From Clostridiales bacterium (lineage in GTDB: Bacteria; Bacillota; Clostridia; Monoglobales; Monoglobaceae): DNA of 64,000 nucleotides. Location: positions 983-64,982 of the forward strand of contig JAEDLZ010000001.1 of NCBI GenBank assembly GCA_016303265.1, read 5' to 3'. Numbering within the stretch: position 1 is the stretch's first letter; each line of letters begins with the position of its first letter. The translations under genes and the position numbers were made by a program. Shown one piece after another: positions 57,043 to 64,000 of this stretch. The notes under the pieces are model-generated. The model was not told the DNA's origin. It searched no databases and saw nothing but the letters and a program-made list of their open reading frames with translations.

Positions 57043-58961
57043 TATACATTTCCTCCTTGTGCTAAAATTGCGTTTGTTAAATTGGTGATAACCTTGTTTA
57101 TGTCCTGATAGTATGTTAAATCAATACTTGACGGCGATATGGTCGTTCCTGATGATACATTCATACCCGCTGAATTAGGTGCTGATAATTCAGGTACTGT
57201 TATGGGTTCCTCGCTTGGTGTAGCACGTATACAAATAATAAACATAGGTGTTGTCGCTAAACGCTCTTTAAAGGCATCAACTGTTATTCCATCTTCTCGC
57301 CACATAATAGTCGCACGGGCGGCTGTCCAAGATGTAAGCCCCGTATAAGTACTATCAGAATATTTTCCAGGTTCAAAATTGCTAATATTTGATAAACAAG
57401 GATATCCTTCCCCGATAAGTGAATTTGAAATAGTTGTTACTATAAGATTTTCGTAACCTGATAATGTTGACCAAGATGATGTTTGGCCAAATTTCGCATA
57501 TATAACATTCCTAACAACCTTCTGATTTTCAAAATCCACATAATCTGCATAGTCACCGACTTTTCTAAGCGGTGCATCAAGGTAAATATGCTTTGTTTCA
57601 CCGCTGTATTGTTCATATTCTGTTGCGGTTAAATCTTTGGTTATAATTATATCTTTTACCCATGTGCTTGCAGGACCTGTTCCATATGCCCAAGATATAT
57701 TTTGAACAATTTTATTGGAGGCTGTAATAGTTCTACTGCTTTCAGGATAATACCAAGTATTAGCCACAACAGTTCCCACACAATATACCGTCGAATATGT
57801 TCCGTCAGTATAATTTACCCACAAGTAACAACCATTTTTATTATCCATAGAATATTTTACTTTAAATAAAATTTTTAATTTACCAGTATAATTTTCTGTA
57901 TTTTCCCACAATATTTGTTGATATGGCGTAGAAGATTTTTCCACATAATAACTTCCGTCATCTTGTTTTACCCAACCTTGTTCAGGCAATATGGTTTCCA
58001 TATCAAACAAGTTTTTACCACACACCGTAACAGGCACATCATACTTACCATAATACTCACTTGATGTATCTGTTACCAAATCACCGACAGACTGAATTTC
58101 AATCGGATTGTCGGAGGTCGGCTCTCCGCTTTGATAGCTGTATCCGTACACTTTATAGTTAGTAACGCTTTCCCCCTCCAAGTGGTCATTTACCGTCAAA
58201 GGATACCCCGAAACGGTGGTATGCGGTATGGATTTTGATTTTAATGTATCAATTTCCCCCTCAAGCTCAGCGTCTTTTGCTTCCCGCGCCGCCGCTTCGG
58301 CATTAGCGGCAGCGTCTGTATAGCTCTTTGAACTCTCTAAAGTATCGGCGTTTGCCTCATCAACATATTTTTTAGTCGCCGGGTTAAAATCTGCCGAAGG
58401 AGTATATTCTTCGGCATTGTCTTTTTTAAGAACATTTTCCATAAACCCCGGAATATCATAATCCTCCAATGCGGAAATAATATTGGAATATGCGCTTTCC
58501 GCTTCATTCTTTGCGATTTCTGCCGCACTTGCACTTGACTCGGCGCTTTTTTGCGCCTGAGCGACATAATCCTGTACGGAGGCGAGATAGATTTCCCACA
58601 TATCGGGCGCTGGCGCAGAGGGCGCACTGCCCTCAGTGTACGCACCCTCGCCGACGGAAAGGCAGATAAGCCCGGTTGAAATGCGGCGAAAATCCTCTTC
58701 GGAGGCGTTTGTACCAAAAACTCCAAGATAGAAGGAACCGCTCTGATTTAGCACCTGAGCGGGAACCATACATTCGTCATCTGCAAGCGGAACCGATACG
58801 GCGGTATCATTGAAAGTGAAAACCGCAAACTTTGAGAGCCCCTGCCAGTCGGACGAGAGGAAATTGAATTTGCAAAGATAGTAGTTTTCGTTGCCGCTGT
58901 ATGCGGCGAAGTCGGAATTTAAGGATAAAGAATCATTGGTAATATTAAAATTAAAAATCAT
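57042..58961 (-). CDS. tail fibre / receptor-binding protein with BppU-like N-terminus
   Basis: 639 aa. N-terminal ~120 aa resembles baseplate upper protein N-domains. Ala/Glu-rich coiled coil (AESSASAAEIAKNEAESA, AAANAEAAAREAKDAELEGEIDTLK). Distinct C-terminal domain. Confidence 0.65.
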   Translation of the reverse strand: MIFNFNITNDSLSLNSDFAAYSGNENYYLCKFNFLSSDWQGLSKFAVFTFNDTAVSVPLADDECMVPAQVLNQSGSFYLGVFGTNASEEDFRRISTGLICLSVGEGAYTEGSAPSAPAPDMWEIYLASVQDYVAQAQKSAESSASAAEIAKNEAESAYSNIISALEDYDIPGFMENVLKKDNAEEYTPSADFNPATKKYVDEANADTLESSKSYTDAAANAEAAAREAKDAELEGEIDTLKSKSIPHTTVSGYPLTVNDHLEGESVTNYKVYGYSYQSGEPTSDNPIEIQSVGDLVTDTSSEYYGKYDVPVTVCGKNLFDMETILPEQGWVKQDDGSYYVEKSSTPYQQILWENTENYTGKLKILFKVKYSMDNKNGCYLWVNYTDGTYSTVYCVGTVVANTWYYPESSRTITASNKIVQNISWAYGTGPASTWVKDIIITKDLTATEYEQYSGETKHIYLDAPLRKVGDYADYVDFENQKVVRNVIYAKFGQTSSWSTLSGYENLIVTTISNSLIGEGYPCLSNISNFEPGKYSDSTYTGLTSWTAARATIMWREDGITVDAFKERLATTPMFIICIRATPSEEPITVPELSAPNSAGMNVSSGTTISPSSIDLTYYQDINKVITNLTNAILAQGGNV

Positions 58962-58976
58962 AAAGCATCTCCTTAA

Positions 58977-59762
58977 TTAGAATAAAGTAAGTTTAAGAGT
59001 GTATATGACAGAAGATGTATAAGTGTAGCTCTGACCTACAGTTATATTTAAAGCGCCGTTTATAAACTTCGGAGTAAGAGTGCCGTAAGGGGTTGAAATA
59101 GAAGCAAACCCTGACCCGAGCGTTTTGAAGCCGTCGAGAAAAGAAAAGTCAAACACGCCCGTATCAAGATTATAGATACCGACAAAGGATTTACTTTCAT
59201 CTGTAATAATAGCTGTGGAGTAAGCCGTGCCGATGTCGACAGAGGCAATAACGGAGCCGGCGGCGACTTTTCCTGCCCCTACCCAGGATAGGGTTGTATT
59301 TACAACAGGGCGTGTGCCGTAGTCAGCGATTTTTGATTTAGCCAAAGTGCGCTTATCGGTGATTTCCCCGTTTTCAACTTCTGCAAGCAGAACATAAGAC
59401 TGAGTGCTATCGGGGAGCGAGGAGCTGCAAACGGGAATGTTTTGGTGAATAATATCGTTTAAAATATAAACATAGTGTTTGGTCTTTGCAGGAACGGAAA
59501 GAATCTCATCAGAAATAATGATATAGCTGCCGTCGGGCATAATGACCGTACCTGGGCCGATGTTAATTTCGGACAGGTCGTCATTTGCCCAGGTAACGGC
59601 ACAGCGGCTGTCGGCAAGAGTTACGCCGCTTTCGGCAACATTTGCCAGAATATCATTGGGAGATAAAGGAAGAACGCCGCTGCCGGTAATTGCGGAGATA
59701 ACCTCGTTTATATCAGTGTTGCTGTAAGCAACATCATTTTTGAATTTACTTATGTAAGCCAT
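58977..59762 (-). CDS. phage tail/baseplate structural protein, unknown family
   Basis: 261 aa. Position between the Gp37-like gene and the fibre gene. Confidence 0.45.
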   Translation of the reverse strand: MAYISKFKNDVAYSNTDINEVISAITGSGVLPLSPNDILANVAESGVTLADSRCAVTWANDDLSEINIGPGTVIMPDGSYIIISDEILSVPAKTKHYVYILNDIIHQNIPVCSSSLPDSTQSYVLLAEVENGEITDKRTLAKSKIADYGTRPVVNTTLSWVGAGKVAAGSVIASVDIGTAYSTAIITDESKSFVGIYNLDTGVFDFSFLDGFKTLGSGFASISTPYGTLTPKFINGALNITVGQSYTYTSSVIYTLKLTLF

Positions 59763-59764
59763 AG

Positions 59765-60886
59765 TTAAATAACCTCCTCAAGAATTGGATTTTCGGAAGA
59801 GCCCGAGCTGTCGTTGTTAATGGTAATTTCGGTAAAGCGGCAGCAAACGGAAATAATTTCTTTGCCGTTAAAATATTGCACTTTAACAAAATCTCCGAGA
59901 TTGTAATCCGTCATAAATTTAAGATTTTTGGCTTTAGCGTCAAAGAAGCGGGAGGGCTTGATATTTGCGAGATAAGCAGAAGCCTCAGCCTTTGAATTGG
60001 AGTCAGAGATGCAAAACCACTGGAATTTTGGATTACAGCTGTCATCCGGCATATAAACAAAAAAATCATCGGGCTTTTCGGAGCTGCCCTTTAGGCGACC
60101 GTCCTCGGTATTGCAGTAAATATAATCTCCCGGCTGCCAGGTAATATCAAAACGGGAGTATGAATCCGATGAAAAATTAACGCGGTAACACAATCCCATA
60201 TTTGAACTTACATTATTTTGAAGCTCCGGGGAATTTGATCTGGGATTCCATGTACCGAGAACCGAAAAATGGTGTTTATAGCAAGCGGAGTTGGCAAGGT
60301 CCAGAATATCCTCAGATAATGAAGCGCTGTCTAAGGTGCAGTCGTTTTCGGAAACATAAAGAGGAAGCTCATCTCCCTTTAATATGTCAAGGAAAAGCGA
60401 ATTGTCACTATGATCGAAACGGACAGTAAATCCGGCATTAAACGGAGTAAGACAGCTCTTTAGCGAGTCTGAAAAATAAGTGACCTCCCCGGTTTCAAAA
60501 TCGAAGGATTCGGAAAAATCGGCGCAATTTCCGAGGGAAATATCACCCCCGAAGGAGGAGTCAAGCATATAAGATACAATGCTTTCCGCATTACCGGAAA
60601 CGGAAACGGGAGGAATAATCATTTTTGATAAAAGCCAGCTAAGCGGCCTGCAATATATTGCGAAATCGTCGTCTGATTTTGAGCCGATAATAATGTCCTG
60701 AAATATGCCGTCCTGTTCCAAAAGGAGATATTGTTCGGAGAGAATAACGCTGACTAAAGGGTCGGTTTTGTCGACATGGAATTCAGAGTTTCCGATGCCG
60801 CAGAATTTAGCATTTCGGTAAGCGGAAATAATCTTATCGGAATACCCCAGCAAATTACCGTTAAAGTCGAAAATGCGAATATCCAT
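59765..60886 (-). CDS. Siphovirus Gp37-like tail protein (Tal position)
   Basis: MDIRIFDFNGNLLGYSDKIISAYRNAKFCGIGNSEFHV.. resembles the Sipho_Gp37 family start. ATGA-type overlap with Dit. Confidence 0.6.
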   Translation of the reverse strand: MDIRIFDFNGNLLGYSDKIISAYRNAKFCGIGNSEFHVDKTDPLVSVILSEQYLLLEQDGIFQDIIIGSKSDDDFAIYCRPLSWLLSKMIIPPVSVSGNAESIVSYMLDSSFGGDISLGNCADFSESFDFETGEVTYFSDSLKSCLTPFNAGFTVRFDHSDNSLFLDILKGDELPLYVSENDCTLDSASLSEDILDLANSACYKHHFSVLGTWNPRSNSPELQNNVSSNMGLCYRVNFSSDSYSRFDITWQPGDYIYCNTEDGRLKGSSEKPDDFFVYMPDDSCNPKFQWFCISDSNSKAEASAYLANIKPSRFFDAKAKNLKFMTDYNLGDFVKVQYFNGKEIISVCCRFTEITINNDSSGSSENPILEEVI

Positions 60887-61788
60887 TAAAATACCCCCTC
60901 AATATATTGATTTTCGTATGAGATGCTGGCAGAAATACTGTTTCCGCTGCTAAGATTGTTCAAAATGATGCGGTTTGCTCCGGGTTCAATCCAGAAATCG
61001 GAAAGACTGGAATCCTCCGAGCGATAGGAGAGCAGATTTTGACCGAGGTTGTTGGTTACGGAGCGGATATTTCCGTTTGAGCGCGAATCAAAACAAACAG
61101 TAACCGTTTCCCCGTCGGAGAGCGGATAATTTAAGGAGAACTTCTGAATAACTTCGGAGGAATTATATGGATTTACCCGGAGGATTTCAAAGCCGTTTGA
61201 ATCTGCGGCAGAGCCGCTTGAGCAGATAGTAAAGGTGGGATAAGACTTAATATCGCCGGAATTTATAAGGAGCTTATCATTGGAGTGAGTGCCCCAAACG
61301 GATGGCCCATCAAGATTCCATGACTCACTTTCTTCGTCATAGACAATATTACCCAAAGTCTCATAGCAGGATTCATAAATGGGCGAATGGTCGGAAAAAT
61401 AAGGATTGTCACAGATAAACTGAACCGCAAAAGAGCGGAAGCGGGACCCGTGACGAATAAAGGAGTCCACCGAAATTTGATTAACCTCTATTCTCCGCTG
61501 AGAATTGTCAAAGAAGGTATAAAGCGTGCCGTTTTGAGAGAGAATACGATAAATTTCAGCGGTTTTTTGAGAGATGTTGCCGCCGACAATATCGAATGAA
61601 ATTGTTATTGTTCGCGGAGCGAAATGGGAGGATACAGTTACCTGCCCGTCGAAGTCAAGATATTCCTGTGTACGGTAAACCTTATCGGGAGTCCCGAGCC
61701 CCGAGATTTCACGGACGGAAATTTCAGAGTTTCCGCTGCCCGAAAAGGTGATTTCGCCGAGATTATTTTTAAAAATGAGATAAAACAT
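60886..61788 (-). CDS. distal tail protein (Dit)
   Basis: MFYLIFKNNLGEITFSGSGNSEISVREISGLGTPD..FAPRTITISFDI. Start set to ATG 61788. Confidence 0.7.
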   Translation of the reverse strand: MFYLIFKNNLGEITFSGSGNSEISVREISGLGTPDKVYRTQEYLDFDGQVTVSSHFAPRTITISFDIVGGNISQKTAEIYRILSQNGTLYTFFDNSQRRIEVNQISVDSFIRHGSRFRSFAVQFICDNPYFSDHSPIYESCYETLGNIVYDEESESWNLDGPSVWGTHSNDKLLINSGDIKSYPTFTICSSGSAADSNGFEILRVNPYNSSEVIQKFSLNYPLSDGETVTVCFDSRSNGNIRSVTNNLGQNLLSYRSEDSSLSDFWIEPGANRIILNNLSSGNSISASISYENQYIEGVF

Positions 61789-61790
61789 AA

Positions 61791-62855
61791 TTATTGCCCC
61801 CTTAGCCGAGAAAGATTGATAGCATTTTTCCATGCGGTAATCTGGTCGTAAGCCGATTCTTTTTCAGAGCCGACAGTAAAGTTTTGATTATAAGTGATGG
61901 AGGCGACGGCGTTTTCAGAGTTTTCGGAAGAAGCAGCGGGCGCCGAAACAGAGAGTGAAGAATTAAAATCGGAAATCATATTTCGGATATTTTCGAGCTG
62001 AATGTCAAGCTCATCAACAAAAGCCTGTCCGAAGTTTTCGGCGGATAAAGTGCCGCTCAAAGAGAAGTCCTCGGGAACCTCAAAGCCGATTTTTTCCAGT
62101 TGTTCTTTCATATATTCAGCGGTTTTGTCAACAGAAGACGCGAACTCGTCGGAGTAAAGCTCCTTAGATAGTTGCTGAGAAAGGCGTATATTTTCGGCCC
62201 ACCCGCCCAGATAAGCCTGAAACTTAGTGTCATCTGCGCCCATAAGAAGACGGGAAAAGGTAGTACCGTCCTCAATAGACATATCCGATATAGCGGAAAG
62301 AAATTCAGAAGATATTAAGGAGTCAAAGCCGCTTTCCTTGATGCGGTCTTTGACCTGTTCAATGGCGTTGCAGTAGTTTTTAAGTTTGAGATTGGCGGCG
62401 GAAAAATCCGACAGAAGAGAGAAGCTTATGTCCTCTCCGTTGTCGCCGCCGCCGATAACCTTGTAGTTTGCAAATTTATTGCCGTAAGAGGCGAGCTTAT
62501 CTTCAAACCTTTCCTGATTTTTGATAACCTCGCCCATAGTGTCGTCTGCGTAGTCGGCAATGGCGGAATAAGCGTCCACAGCGCTTTTCTTAAGAGCGTC
62601 AAAAATTTCCTTTTCCTGCTGAGCCAAAGACTTAAGATTGTCGAGATACTCAGCGTCGGCAATTTTCTGAAGCTTTAAAATTTCATCATTTTTAAGTTTT
62701 TCAACTCTGGCAGCATTTTTTGCAATACTGATTTGGTATTCGTAATCACGCTGAATTTTCTGTATGTTTGCAGCGCTTTCTTCCTTTTCAATACGCTGTT
62801 TTTCCTGCTCGTAGAGCCTTTGATATTTTAAAAGTTCGTTAATGTCGTAAGCCAA
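61791..62855 (-). CDS. tape measure protein candidate (unusually short, 354 aa)
   Basis: Coiled-coil-rich (..KYQRLYEQEKQRIEKEESAANIQKIQRDYEYQ..). Sits between the chaperone and Dit, where the tape measure gene always lies. Confidence 0.55.
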   Translation of the reverse strand: MAYDINELLKYQRLYEQEKQRIEKEESAANIQKIQRDYEYQISIAKNAARVEKLKNDEILKLQKIADAEYLDNLKSLAQQEKEIFDALKKSAVDAYSAIADYADDTMGEVIKNQERFEDKLASYGNKFANYKVIGGGDNGEDISFSLLSDFSAANLKLKNYCNAIEQVKDRIKESGFDSLISSEFLSAISDMSIEDGTTFSRLLMGADDTKFQAYLGGWAENIRLSQQLSKELYSDEFASSVDKTAEYMKEQLEKIGFEVPEDFSLSGTLSAENFGQAFVDELDIQLENIRNMISDFNSSLSVSAPAASSENSENAVASITYNQNFTVGSEKESAYDQITAWKNAINLSRLRGQ

Positions 62856-62869
62856 ATAAAATCAACTCC

Positions 62870-63424
62870 TTAAAAAAGTTTGTCTATTTCGGAGGAAATA
62901 GAGCCGGAAGAAGCCGGAATACGATATAATTTCTTCATTTTACGGATATAGCTCTTTTGTGTTTTGTCGCCAATATCCGATAAAGAAGTGCTGCGAATCC
63001 TGACAACTTCGGTAAATTTGCAGGGCGAAAGAGAATAAAAAAGCGATAAAAACCTCCACCAATGAAGATGGTCGGAGGTGAGGTCGATGCTGTATTGAGA
63101 AAGAAAGGCGGCGTATATGAGCCCGCTGTCGAAAGCGAAGTCGAACAAGGGCTCATTATTTTTAGCAGCCTTTTTTCCGCCGCCCGTATTATAAAAAGGA
63201 GAAAGAAAATTCATAATGGAAGAAAGTGTTTCGTCAACAGAAGAAGGAATGACCTTCGACGCAAAAATAAGAGAGTAACATTTGAGAAGCTTGTCTGCGG
63301 CAGAAAAATCCGATGACAGGATTTCCTCAATCTGAATCCAGATACGAAAATCCGTGTTAATGGGATAATTGATGCCGCAAACCGAGATAGAATAAGGAAG
63401 AGCTTCGGTTAAAAGGTTAATCAT
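62870..63424 (-). CDS. Gp15-family tail assembly chaperone-like protein
   Basis: MINLLTEALPYSISVCGINYPINTDFRIWIQIEEIL.. resembles the Phage_Gp15 pattern (I.G..Y.i.tDFR). Confidence 0.65.
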   Translation of the reverse strand: MINLLTEALPYSISVCGINYPINTDFRIWIQIEEILSSDFSAADKLLKCYSLIFASKVIPSSVDETLSSIMNFLSPFYNTGGGKKAAKNNEPLFDFAFDSGLIYAAFLSQYSIDLTSDHLHWWRFLSLFYSLSPCKFTEVVRIRSTSLSDIGDKTQKSYIRKMKKLYRIPASSGSISSEIDKLF

Positions 63425-63903
63425 ACTTCAGAAAAAACGCAGGTTTCCCAATCGTCGGCGGATGTTGCGCTGCCAATAACATTTTTACCGTTTGCCCGGA
63501 ATGTACCGCTGTAATCATAAGCGTCGGTGTCGCTGCCCTCGCGTTCGGGGATAACGGACCAGCTGCGCAAAGCGGCAGAGCAAGTTCCGTCGCTGTTGGT
63601 TGAAAGGTCAACAAAGACCATATCAACAATAGCGTTATCACCAACGGATTCGCCGTCGGTAATACCGACAATAACGCCATGGGCAGCATTTTCATTGTCA
63701 TAGTCAAAACTGTAGGAAATGCTTGGAGCATAGCTTACAACATCGTTGCGTTCAAAATCCTCATCAATGTACTGCCGTGAATAATTGACAGGATTTTTGC
63801 TAACTGAAAATTCAGTAAAATTTTTAAGACGGTGATAAACCACACTGTCGCCGGATTTAGCACCGAGAAAAGCGAGTTTATCGCTTCGTTTGAGTTTACT
63901 CAT
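63421..63903 (-). CDS. major tail (tube) protein candidate
   Basis: 160 aa. Directly upstream of the chaperone. ATGA overlaps on both sides. Confidence 0.55.
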   Translation of the reverse strand: MSKLKRSDKLAFLGAKSGDSVVYHRLKNFTEFSVSKNPVNYSRQYIDEDFERNDVVSYAPSISYSFDYDNENAAHGVIVGITDGESVGDNAIVDMVFVDLSTNSDGTCSAALRSWSVIPEREGSDTDAYDYSGTFRANGKNVIGSATSADDWETCVFSEV

Positions 63904-64000
63904 AGAACCAAAACCTTTCTGTCCGCAAAAAATTGTGAGTGCCGTATATGCGGACCAATACGGAAACTAATCGGAATAAACAAAGCGGCATAAAATCTCG
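63900..64000 (-). CDS. 3' end of an upstream phage gene (partial)
   Basis: Open frame from the window edge (..RFYAALFIPISFRIGPHIRHSQFFADRKVLVL*) whose TGA overlaps the major tail ATG (ATGA). Confidence 0.3.
   Translation of the reverse strand, partial: RFYAALFIPISFRIGPHIRHSQFFADRKVLVL

Larger units (their letters stand above)
54992..64000 (-). mobile_element. siphovirus-like prophage or tailocin: tail and lysis modules, continues beyond window
   Basis: 13 co-oriented, tightly packed or overlapping genes. Order: major tail, Gp15-like chaperone, tape measure, Dit, Gp37-like, fibre, XkdX-like, holin-like genes and two lysins. Confidence 0.85.

Noticed and set aside
63417-63731. ORF 63417-63731 (104 aa) overlapping the major tail gene.
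   Set aside because: It is an out-of-frame shadow within a better-supported, translationally coupled phage gene.

Overview
This 64-kb chromosomal segment comes from a low-GC, probably spore-forming Firmicute. The gene content looks Clostridia-like (spoIVFB, CIRCE-groESL, birA-bioY, GTP-type PEPCK), but the taxon is inference only.

- **1-29 kb:** mostly housekeeping genes with several well-supported cis-regulatory elements. These are a tandem glycine riboswitch before an AGCS symporter, a yybP-ykoY Mn riboswitch before mntP, CIRCE before groES, and a BirA-type box before birA-bioY.
- **29.4-31.6 kb:** the 3' end of rlmD is duplicated around a 0.7-kb cassette. The cassette's only gene is an Avd/IVS-type four-helix-bundle protein, and gene fragments follow it.
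- **31.6-47.2 kb:** a Wzx/Wzy-type polysaccharide locus. It holds an amino-sugar priming module, four glycosyltransferases, Wzy, Wzx, LicD plus a cytidylyltransferase plus a 2-hydroxyacid dehydrogenase, and an O-acetyltransferase frameshifted at a G8 tract.
- **47.2-49.8 kb:** a small accessory islet with a candidate type I toxin-antitoxin, YjdF with a structured leader, a TmrB-like kinase and a membrane XRE regulator.
- **50.1-54.9 kb:** a deacetylase/PHP/ATP-grasp cluster, dut and a DUF523 gene.
- **55.0-64.0 kb:** lysis and tail modules of a siphovirus-like prophage or tailocin that runs off the window.

I saw no rRNA, intact tRNA, CRISPR array, transposase or integrase gene. All family names are recalled from motifs read by eye; no searches were run.
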